Part shown: piece after piece, positions 1-8,141 of the stretch
Position numbering within the stretch: position 1 is the stretch's first letter
Layout of the letters: every line of letters starts with the position of its first letter
Source: Malacoraja senta
Lineage: Eukaryota
Direction: 5' to 3'
DNA: 20,000 nucleotides
Assembly: GCA_038087875.1 (NCBI GenBank)
Contig: JAXLNO010000158.1
Span: 54,079-74,078, forward strand
Made by a program: the position numbers and the translations under genes
Notes under the pieces: generated by a model
The model's input: the letters and a program-made list of their open reading frames with translations, nothing else
Database searches by the model: none
What the model was told of the DNA's origin: nothing

Positions 1-188
1 CAATCCCATAGCGTCTGCCGCGAAGAAGGGCAAGGGCAGTCAGTAGTCATCAAGGCAAATGCCTGTCTCTAAGTCTATGGAATTGATGTGCTATAATGCT
101 GAAAACTATGTTCTGCACTCTGTATCTTGCCCTTTGCTCCATCCATTTCCCTGAGTTAGACTTGATTGTATTTGTATATAATATTATC

Positions 189-244
189 TGCCCAACAATA
201 ATGTATATAATAATGTAATGCCCAACAATAATGCATATCATAAT
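189..244. repeat. Tandem duplication with a 30-bp period (about 1.9 copies)
   Basis: TGCCCAACAATAATG(T/C)ATAT(A/C)ATAAT starts at 189 and again at 219. Confidence 0.85.
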
Positions 245-367
245 CAAGATTTGCCATTAGATTTATTGTATCCAGAAATGATTAATCTACCTGCAAAATA
301 TATCAAAACATTTCAGTTCCATGATCCTTCAATGTCTCTGCAGGTTTATGCAGAAATAATATCTTAC

Positions 368-593
368 TTTAGTTTAGTTTAGTTTGTGGTCACGAGTACC
401 GAGGTACAGTGACGTTTTTTAATGAATGCTGCCCACTCGGAGGAAAGACTATCCATGATTACTATTGAGCCATCCACAGCGTACAGATACATGATAAAGG
501 GAATAACGTATAGTGCAAGATAAAGTCTAGTAAAATCCTATTAGAGTCCGAGGGTCTCCAATGTGGTCTCAGGACTGCTTTCCAGTTGTTGAT
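368..593 (-). mobile_element. 3' end of a non-LTR retrotransposon (Rex1/Babar-like tail), 5'-truncated
   Basis: On the minus strand it reads ...CACTGTACCTCGGTAC..GTGAC... followed by a (CTAAA)n tail. It aligns by eye with 11690-11908 and 18136-18262. The clade call rests on the recalled tail motif. Confidence 0.7.
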
Positions 594-630
594 TTTACTT
601 GCATTTTACTAACTTGACTACCAACTATTT

Positions 631-702
631 ATGTATGTAAAACAAAGCTTTCCACTGTACCTCAGTACATGTGACAATAATAAACCTAAATCTAAACCTA
701 AA
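631..702 (+). mobile_element. Short 3' tail of the same Rex/Babar-like family
   Basis: AAAGCTTTCCACTGTACCTCAGTACATGTGACAATAATAAACCTAAATCTAAACCTAAA. Confidence 0.7.
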
Positions 703-1017
703 GTCATGAGCCAACTCAATTGCAAGAAACAGCCCATACCTTCATTTTTATTGGGCCTAAAACCTATGCAGCAAACTGTGGGAACAGTTGGAGTACCTTC
801 AATGATTCAATGTACCTTGGTACGATGAAATGCTTTGTTTTGCATACAACCCAGTAAAATCATGTAGCAGACCTCACCTAGGCAGTACATAAGTTTTGGT
901 GCCCATAAAGTTACTAAACTTACACCTTCCCAGGGAATACAGTGTTTTAAGAAAATGGTTCATCACCACTTTCCCAAGACAATTCGGGGTAGATGATGAA
1001 TGGGTAGTAAATACTGG

Positions 1018-1113
1018 GTAGACAAAAATGCTGGAGAAACTCAGCGGGTGAGGCAGCATCTATGGAGCGAAGGAAATAGGCAACGTTTCGGGTCGAAACC
1101 CTACTTCAGACTG
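1018..1113 (-). mobile_element. Penelope-like terminal-repeat fragment with a hammerhead-like core
   Basis: Minus strand CAGTCTGAAGTAGGGTTTCGACCCGAAACGTTGCCTATTTCCTTCGCTCCATAGATGCTGC..., nearly identical to 10070-10160. Flanked by GTAAATACTGG at 1007-1017 and 1123-1133. Confidence 0.8.
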
Positions 1114-1490
1114 GTCATACTGGTAAATACTGGTCTTGTCAGCTACACACAGATTCCATAAATGAATAAAATAGTGTACAGTTGTTATTAATGTCATATT
1201 ATTTAACACATGACTGAAACAAGCAGTTGAGTAGCTGTTTCACAGAGCATCTGTACAGTACCATGAAGTATTGACTGCAAATAAATATATGCAAAGTCTA
1301 TTGAAGCAAAAATTAAAAGTGGAGGGGAAAATGCTCCTTTGCATGCCATCTATTTTTCAGATGAATTCAGTATTTGATTTACAAATTTTGTTTTCAGACA
1401 TCTCACGCACAAACATAAGCCAGCGAAGTGAATGCTGATCTCATTACAAGACCAATTTGCATTTCTTTTCAAAGAGCATTAATAACTATT

Positions 1491-1988
1491 GGTGGGTGGG
1501 GGCGCTGCAAGCCGGCAGCCCTGCCAGCACGTGTTTGTTTTTTCAACTTTTTAAATGTTTAAGTGTGTCCTAATGTGTGTTTTTGGTGTCTCTCTGTGTG
1601 TCTTGTGTGGGGGGTGGTATGGGGGGGTAAGGGGGAAACCGTTTCGGTCGCCTCCTCCATGGAGTGGTGACTTTTTCCATGTCGCCTCCCCTGTGGCCTA
1701 ACATCGAGGATCGGTGCGGCCTTTCCCGGAGACGTGCCCGGGGCTTCAGCGACGAGCGCAGCGTGGACTCTCGTCGCGAAGCGGGCGAGCCCTCGCCGGG
1801 GGTTGCCGGAGGGGAGCGCTCCGTTCGCTGGCCCGCGGCAGCCTGAAGCCGCGGTCTGCGGAGCTCCAGCTGGCTCGGCGTCCGCAGCCTGGGATCGTTC
1901 ATTGGGGACCTGGGAGGAGAAGAAGCTCTGACCGCCGGCCCGCGGCCTACTTCTACCGCGGGCGCGGCGGGGACTTACCATCAGGAGC
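1491..1988 (+). mobile_element. GC/CpG-rich 5' part of a non-coding retroposon, related in architecture to 3387-4360
   Basis: Motif order is GGCGCTG head, T-rich tract, G-run, hairpin with a TTTTTC loop (1661-1689), GGCCTAA (1695-1701), GGACTTACCA (1971-1980). The minus strand of 4360-4067 has the same order. No 3' tail or TSD was found. Confidence 0.6.
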
Positions 1989-1997
1989 GAGTAAAAC

Positions 1998-2150
1998 TGA
2001 TATTGATATTGATACCTCCAGCTCTCCTACAGAACTCAAAGGTTGTAGTTCCTTTACTGCCAATTTCCACCGACTCTCACCTTCACAACTTTCACTGACT
2101 CTTCCCTTCACTTCTCTAACTCCACCTTAGAGGAAAGATTAAGGATCAAT
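1998..2150 (+). pseudogene. Decayed Penelope-like reverse transcriptase remnant
   Basis: The translation DIDIDTSSSPTELKGCSSFTANFH resembles the recalled PLE RT segment after YIDD (..CIGAASCTHAELVDFINFASNFHP..). A decayed PLE terminus lies downstream in the same orientation. Confidence 0.45.
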
Positions 2151-2154
2151 AATA

Positions 2155-2994
2155 TAGAACTTAGAATGGTGCAGCACAGGAACAGGCCCATTGGCCTATA
2201 ATGCCCATGCCGAACATATTGTCAGGATAATCAAATCTCATCTGTCTGCACATGGTCTATATTCCTCCATTCCCCACATATCCATGTGCCTATTCAAAAG
2301 CCTCTTAAATGCAATTTGTATCTTTCTCCACCACCACTTTGGCAGCACACTCCAAGCACACACTGCCCTCTGTGAAAAAAACTTGCCCCGTGCATCTCCG
2401 TTGAACTTTGCCCCTCTCACCTAAAAACCATTCTCTCCAGTCTTTGACATTTTCACCCAGGGGAAAAAAAGTTCAGACTGTCTACCCTATCTTTGCCTTT
2501 TCAAAAGTTTATATACTTCTATCAGGTCCCACCTCCAATCAACCTCCAGCAGACTAGTGAAAACATTCCAAGTTTGTCCAATCTATAAGGGGTATCCAAT
2601 GCCCCTTAAGCCAGGCAATATTCTGGTAAACCTCTCTCCAAAGCTTTCATATCGTTCCTGTAGCAGGGTGATCAGAACTGCACATAATATGCCTAACATG
2701 AATAACTAAAGTCCTGTAAAGCTGCAACATGTCTTCCTGATTCTTCCACTCAATGCCCCAACCAATGAAAGCAAGCATACTTGTGTTGCTACTTTCAGGG
2801 AGCTATGCTCCTGGACCCCAAAATCCCTCTGTGCATCAATGCTGTTGAGGGTCACGCCATTAATTGTATATTTTCACCTTACATTTGACCTCCCAAAGTG
2901 CAACACCTCACACTTGTTCAATTTAAACTTTAGCTGCCATTTCACCGCCCATTTCTGTTGCTGATCTATATCCTGCTGCATAGTTTGACAGCCT
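2155..2994 (-). mobile_element. CR1/HER1-type LINE 3' fragment, decayed
   Basis: Minus ORF 2238-2420 (RGAKFNGDARGKFFSQRAVCAWSVLP...FKRLLNRHMD) matches the CR1 ORF2 C-terminus seen at 6130-6325. The 3' tail reads GGGCCTGTTCCTGTGCTG..TTCTA. Confidence 0.85.
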
Positions 2995-3157
2995 ATAACA
3001 GATAGCACTCAAATCACTTTTGTACCATTGCCCACATTTCTGCCCTGACTACCTCTATCTTCCAATCAAGCAAGCATAGGCTTCTAGAGTTATTCCCTTT
3101 GTTCAATCAAATTCCCCCTCCCTTCAGCAATTCAAAACACTCTTGTTTCCTGATGTT

Positions 3158-3236
3158 TCTTGATGAAAACTCATCTGTACAAACCATTTATTCTGCTTCT
3201 CTCAACACAACTACTGCCTGACCAGCTAGATATTTT
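3158..3236 (+). mobile_element. Old, decayed Penelope-like terminal repeat, resuming at 4561-4577 after the SINE
   Basis: TCTTGATGAAAAC...CTGCTTCTCTC..ACA.CTACTGCCTGACCAGCT then CATTTTCTGTTTT at 4561. This parallels the ..GCTGCCTGACC.GCTGAG..CCAGCATTTT motif of the other PLE termini in this window. Confidence 0.5.
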
Positions 3237-3386
3237 GGGTGGCACAGTGACGCAGTGGTAGAGTTGCTGCCTTGCAACAGCACAGACTTGGATTCAATCC
3301 TGAGTACAGGTGCTGCCTGTACGGAGTTTGTACATTCTCCCTGTGACCCCTCGGTTTTCTCTGAGTGCTCCAGTTTCCTCCCACAT

Positions 3387-4360
3387 CAAGTTCAAGAATC
3401 AAGTTTCCTTTATTGTCATTCAGACCTTTCGGTCTGAACGAAATTGTGATGCCTGCAGTCATACACAGAACCAATAATAACAAAACATACAATAAACACA
3501 AATTAAACATCCACCACAGTGAGTTCACCAAGCACACCCTCACTGTGATGGAGGCAAAGTCTTAGTCTCCGTCTCTTCCCTCCTTGTTCTCCCTCTGCGC
3601 TGAGGCGATCGATCCAGGCCGAAGATGCCGCCCTCCAGTCCAGCGGACCACCGTGGTGATGTCGCCGCCGCCGAAAGCCGGAACGCCGAGACGGCCCGCC
3701 ACAGCATCAGCCCCGGGTCCCGCAGTCTCCGCTCCGGGCCACCGCCCCAGCTCCAGGCCCCGCAGTCTCCGCTCCGGACCCCGCTGCATCAGCTCCAGGT
3801 CCCGCAGTCTCCGCTCCAGGTCCCGCAGTCTCCGCTCCGGACCCCGCCGCATCAGCTCCAGGTCCCGCAGTCTCTGCTCCGGACCCCGCTGTATCAGCTC
3901 CAGGTCCCGCAGTCTCCGCTCCGGACCCCGCTGTATCAGCTGCAGGTCCTGCAGTCTCCGCTCCGGACCCCGCTGCATCAGCTCCAGGCCGCCGCCGAAA
4001 GCCAGAACGCCGCACCAGCAAGTCGGGCCACCGCTGCCTCAGCCCCGAAGACAGCCAGCATCTCGTTGGTAAGTCCTGGAGCTGGCTCTGCCTCCGAAGC
4101 CTCGTGGTCGGTCGCAGGATGGAGGCGGCCAGCTCCGCCATTAGGCCTCACCGCAGACGGAGGCAGGGAAGGGGGATACGACACGAAAAAGTCGCATTCC
4201 CCCGAAGGCGGAGACAGAGGACATGTTTCTCCCCCCCTAACACAACCCAACAAACTAAAACTGAACAAAACAGGACAAAAAAACCCAACAGAAAAAGTAA
4301 AAACAGACGGACTGCAGGCGAGCCGCAGCCGATTAACAGCGCCGCCACTTCCGGAAGAAA
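3387..4360 (-). mobile_element. Apparently full-length 974-bp non-autonomous non-LTR retroposon
   Basis: Perfect 17-bp TSD CCAGTTTCCTCCCACAT (3370-3386 and 4361-4377). The 3' end is TTTCGTTCAGACC-GAAA-GGTCTGAATGACAATAAAGG plus a CTTGA-type tail. The 5' end is CCGGAAGTGGCGGCG. No credible ORF. Confidence 0.85.
3716..3986. repeat. GC-rich minisatellite, 42-bp unit, about 6.5 copies
   Basis: Unit GGTCCCGCAGTCTCCGCTCCGGACCCCGCTGCATCAGCTCCA starts at 3716 (40-bp variant), 3756, 3798 (21-bp half unit), 3819, 3861, 3903 and 3945. Confidence 0.95.
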
Positions 4361-5022
4361 CCAGTTTCCTCCCACATTCCAAAGATGTACAAGTGTGTAG
4401 ATTAATTGGTTTTGGTAACAATTATAAATTGTCCCTAGTGTGTAAAATAGTGCTAGGGTATGGGGTGATCGCTGGTTGGCTCAAATGACCTATTGTCTAT
4501 TGTTTATTGACACGGTGGGCTGAATGGCCTATTTCTGTGCTGTATCTCTAAAGTCTAAAGCATTTTCTGTTTTAATTATCTAATCCCTTCGATGGTAAAC
4601 AATTAGATTCTTCTCTCAGTGTAAGATGTATTCTGTTCCTATAGGATTTCCAGTGAGGGTGCTGGTCAGTTTTAAATTATCATTGAACTTTGAGATTTTG
4701 CTTTAAATTTTGGGCTGCCAGCTCTTCTTACAACATATTCTGTAACCATTCCCTGTGACATGACACAATTCTACTTGAAGTGAAGTTTGACGATGTTTTA
4801 CAGCAGCAGAGATCTCATGACACATTTTGTAATGAATTGTAGGCCCATTGCAACAATCAGCAGAAGCAGTAATTGTTTTGATGCTCACTCTAAATGTGAA
4901 GTGCCATCAACAATAACCAGCTGTTTGTTCTACACACTGCAAGAGGTATAAATAAGAACGTGAAGATGTAGATTCCCAGGTTGATGGTGTAGAGGTGCTT
5001 CATCTGGGGCTCTTAAAATAAA

Positions 5023-6420
5023 GACCAGTTAGTCTAACATCGGTAGTGGGGAAACTGCTAGAGTCAGTTATTAAAGATGGGATAGCAGCACATTTGGAAA
5101 GTGGTGAAATCATTGGACAAAGTCAGCATGGATTTACGAAAGGTAAATCATGTCTGATGAATCTTATAGATTTTCGAGGATGTAACTAGTAGAGTGGATA
5201 AGGGAGAACCAGTGGATGTGTTATATCTGGACTTTCAGAAGGCTTTCGACAAGGTCCCACATAAGAGATTAGTATACAAACTTAAAGCACACGGTTTTGG
5301 GGGTTCAGTATTGATGTGGATAGAGAACTGGCTGGCAAACAGGAAGCAAAGAGTAGGAGTAAACGGGTCCTTTTCAGAATGGCAGGCAGTGACTAGTGGG
5401 GTACTGCAAGGCTCAGTGCTGGGACCCCAGTTATTTACAATATATATTAATGATTTGGACGAGGGAATTGAATGCAACATCTCAAAGTTTGCGGATGACA
5501 CGAAGCTGGGGGGCAGTGTTAGCTGTGAGGAGGATGCTAGGAGGCTGCAAGGTGACTTGAATAGGCTGGGTGAGTGGGCAAATGCATGGCAGATGCAGTA
5601 TAATGTGGATAAATGTGAGGTTATCCACTTTGGTGGCAAAAACAGGAAAGTAGACTATTATCTGAATGGTGGCCGATTAGGAAAAGGGGAGATGCAACGA
5701 GACCTGGGTGTCATGGTATACCAGTCATTGGAAGTAGGCATGCAGGTGCAGCAGGCAGTGAAGAAAGCGAATGGTATGTTAGCATTCATAGCAAAAGGAT
5801 TTGAGTATAGGAGCAGGGAGGTTCTACTGCAGTTGTACAGGGTCTTGGTGAGACCACACCTGGAGTATTGCGTACAGTTTTGGTCTCCAAATCTGAGGAT
5901 AGACATTCTTGCCATAGAGGGAGTACAGAGAAGGTTCACCAGACTGATTCCTGGGATGTCAGGACTTTCATATGAAGAAAGACTGGATAGACTTGGCTTG
6001 TACTCGCTAGAATTTAGAAGATTGAGAGGGGATCTTAAAGAAACGTACAAAATTCTTAAGGGGTTGGACAGGCTAGATGCACAAAGATTGTTCCCGATGT
6101 TGGGGAAGTCCAGGACAAGGGGTCACAGTTTAAGGATAAAGCGGAAATCTTTTAGGACCGAGATGAGAAAAACATTTTTCACACAGAGTGGTGAATCTCT
6201 GGAATTCTCTGCCACAGAAGGTAGTTGAGGCCAGTTCATTGGCTATATTTAAGAGGGAGTTAGATGTGGTCCTTGTAGCTAAAGGGATCAGGGGGTATGG
6301 AGAGAAGGCAGGTACAGGATACTGAGTTGGATGATCAGCCATGATCATATTGAATGGCGGTGCAGGCTCGAAGGGCCGAATGGCCTACTCCTGCACCTAT
6401 TTTCTATGTCTCTATGTTTC
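5023..6420 (+). mobile_element. Young 5'-truncated CR1/HER1-type LINE
   Basis: Begins at (R)PVSLTSVVGKLLE, covers the whole RT domain and the C-terminus (stop TGA 6323-6325 after a frameshift). 3' UTR GGTGCAGG..GGGCCGAATGGCCTACTCCTGCACC with a (CTATGTYT)n tail. Confidence 0.97.
5194..6228 (+). pseudogene. CR1 ORF2 reverse transcriptase fragment (non-functional copy)
   Basis: Motifs YLDFQKAFDKVPH, GVLQGSVLGP, FADD (5488-5499), RDLGV and RPHLEYCVQFWSP. Apparent 2-nt deletions near 5170 and 6188 bound the ORF. No endonuclease domain. Confidence 0.95.
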
Positions 6421-7241
6421 TAAATGGCCGTTGAAAAAGTTGATGAATTTTTCATTTTCAAACATTCCCAGAATTCGGGGTAGATTCTATTAGATTGCAA
6501 ATAGCAAATAAAACATGTTTATTGAAAAACAACATCTGTAAGAGGGAAAGTGTTAGAAGGTATTGTTAAAAATGTTATAGCAGAGCACTTAGAAAAAAAA
6601 TCAAGGTAAGCAGGCAATGTCAACATTGACACTGACAAAACAATGTATTTTTAAAAGAGAAATTATGTTTGACCATTTTACAGGTGGTTCTTTGAAGATG
6701 TACAATGTGTTGTGAATAAAGGGGAACCAGTTGATGCTTAGCTTTCCAGGAGCCATGTGGTAAAGTGTCACATCAAAGCTTATTGTAGAACATTAATGCT
6801 CGTTGCGTTGCTGTGGAAGGCCGGCTGTTTGGTTGACAGGAAATAGAGGATAGGCTTAAATGGGTCTTTCTCTTAATGGTGACATGTCATAAGGAGCAAT
6901 GCTTACAACTTACAGTTTATATAAATGACTTGGCTGAAGGCACCAAAGGAATGTTTGCTAATTTTGCTGCCAAGACAAAGGTCAATGGAAGAACAATATA
7001 TGAAGAGGACTTAAGAAGCAGGAAAGGTTGAATGGGCAAACATGGGGCAAATAGAATAGAATATTGGAAATATTAAAGTATTCATTTGGACAGGCTGAAT
7101 ATATGTGCATTATTTAACTAGTGAGAGATTGCCGAGGTCTGAGATGAAGGGGGATGTGTTTGTCCTTGTGCATCATTTGCAAAAGGCTAGTATTTAGGTA
7201 TTGCAAGTTATTAGGAATGCCAAACAGAATATTATTGTTTA

Positions 7242-7304
7242 TTGTCAATGGTCAATAGTCAGATTTATTCGTCACTTACACAATGAAGTGCAGTGAAATG
7301 AACT
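7242..7304 (-). mobile_element. Very short LINE 3' tail inserted in the old CR1
   Basis: Minus strand TTCATTTCACTGCAC...GTAAGTGACGAATAAA followed by an (ATTGAC)-like tail. It interrupts the host 'LFI|ARGIE'-like segment. Confidence 0.55.
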
Positions 7305-7562
7305 TGAGGAAGGAAATTGAGCAGAAAAGTAGGTTTTGTTTCAATTATGTAGGGCAGTGGTGAAATTACACCTGAAGTATCATATACAGTATTGCTTTTC
7401 TTACTTAGGATAGTTTATTAATGTATTGGAACCAGTTCAAAGAAGTTTACTAGAGTGATACCTAGGATAGGTGGGTTGTCTTATGATGCCAGATTTGTAT
7501 TTAGGCAAGTGAGCGGAGATTTGCCAGAGGAAGTAGTTGAGGCAGGTACAATAACAACATGT

Positions 7563-7700
7563 CTTCTTCTTGCGAATGGCGTGCACAGCCTAAAGTTGTA
7601 GGACAACTTGTCCTATTTGATCTTATTTGATTGTGCACACCAGGTTGATTGCATTCGTTGAAACAGGGCAGACCACATGATGGTTGCAATCTCCCACCCC
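7563..7700 (-). mobile_element. 138-bp SINE-like retroposon with a ribozyme head and a (GAA)n tail
   Basis: Perfect 12-bp TSD ATAACAACATGT (7551-7562 and 7701-7712). The minus strand ends GCCATTCGCAAGAAGAAG. No tRNA-like A/B-box head. Confidence 0.9.
7647..7700 (-). ncRNA. Minimal HDV-like (CPEB3-type) self-cleaving ribozyme motif
   Basis: GGGGUGG (P1) GA GAUUGCA (P2) ACC (P3) AUCAUGU (L3) GGU (P3') CUGCCCU (P1') GUUUCAA CGAA (J4/2) UGCAAUC (P2'). All helices pair in the nested double-pseudoknot order, with a G1-U wobble and the catalytic C at position 7657. Confidence 0.85.
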
Positions 7701-8141
7701 ATAACAACATGTAAATGCCACTTGGACAGGTACATAGATAGGAAAGGTTTAGATGGATATGGGCCAAAGTTGGGACTAGTGTGGATGTGGCACCTTGGTT
7801 GATATGGGCAAGCTGGGCCAAAAAGCCTGTTTCTGAGCTGTATGACTCCAATATTATATTGAACGCCTTGGGACGCCTTAGGGTGGGGCTTCAGAGAGCA
7901 GATGTGTTTTTCTCATGGGAGAATCTAGAACTAGACAACATCTATAGAAAGAAAGATTGAGTTGGTACAGATCGAAACTCCTTCATCAGTACCAGGAAAC
8001 AGAGAAAACAAGTTAATTTCAGTTACGCAAAGGTTTTATGAGGAATAGATAAGACTAAAGAGATATATTTGACGGGGAGAGGCCAAGGTGGCTGTGGAGG
8101 TAAGCAGTAGAAGATATCTTAGGCTAGTAGTTTAATGAAGG

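Larger units (their letters stand above)
3237..4560 (+). mobile_element. tRNA-derived V-SINE (HE1-like), split by a 974-bp insertion
   Basis: A-box-like TGACGCAGTGG (3248-3258), B-box-like GGATTCAATCC (3290-3300), V-domain GGAGTTTGTACATTCTCCCTGTGAC...GTGCTCCAGTTTCCTCCCACA. It resumes at 4361 and ends in a CR1-like tail GGGCTGAATGGCCTATTTCTGTGCTGTATCTCTAAAG. Collinear with 16816-17110. Confidence 0.9.
7520..7849 (+). mobile_element. CR1 3'-terminal fragment, split by the ribozyme-headed element
   Basis: LPEEVVEAGTITT|CKCHLDRYIDRKGLDGYGP reads through once 7563-7712 is removed. Tail GGGCCAAAAAGCCTGTTTCTGAGCTGTATGACTC. Homologous to the reverse complement of 11907-12090. Confidence 0.85.
4966..7955 (+). 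mobile_element. Old, heavily decayed CR1 LINE hosting several younger insertions
   Basis: Degenerate ORF2 landmarks appear in order: 'LHPRVLKE|VAVEIVD'-like across 5000-5022/6425, GKVLEGIVKNVIAEHLE (~6545-6595), FFEDV..VNKGEPVD (~6688-6735), FAKFAAKTK (~6953-6980), VQRSLLRVIP-like (~7435-7462), GESRTR (~7918-7935). Many stops and indels. Confidence 0.8.

Noticed and set aside
1559..2130. Several ORFs in the CpG-rich block, or a host CpG-island promoter
   Set aside because: Low-complexity Arg/Pro/Ala/Gly translations appear in multiple frames. The block shares architecture with the TSD-flanked mobile element, so a repeat origin is simpler.
3237..3310. tRNA genes at the SINE heads (also 16282 and 16816)
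   Set aside because: They have A/B boxes but no complete cloverleaf, and they continue directly into SINE bodies.
3716..3986. CRISPR-like array
   Set aside because: The units are contiguous with no unique spacers, the context is eukaryotic, and there are no cas genes.
4300..4360. HDV-like ribozyme at the 5' end of the 974-bp element
   Set aside because: Only a simple hairpin (GGCUGCGG/CUGCAGUC) before a U-tract could be formed. I found no P1/P2/P3 pseudoknot order or J4/2 motif.
3562..4488. Overlapping ORFs of 138-287 aa with repetitive peptides on both strands
   Set aside because: They arise from a GC-rich, stop-poor minisatellite whose 42- and 21-bp units preserve frame. The 287-aa ORF runs across the TSD into the SINE.
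5194..6228. Intact or domesticated RT gene, or a retron/DGR-type system
   Set aside because: It is a standard CR1 ORF2 piece: 5'-truncated, frameshifted at both ends, with no ATG at the ORF start (GTG) and a normal LINE tail.
5235..6348. Minus-strand ORFs of 134, 130 and 72 aa
   Set aside because: They are antisense shadows of the CR1 RT coding sequence.
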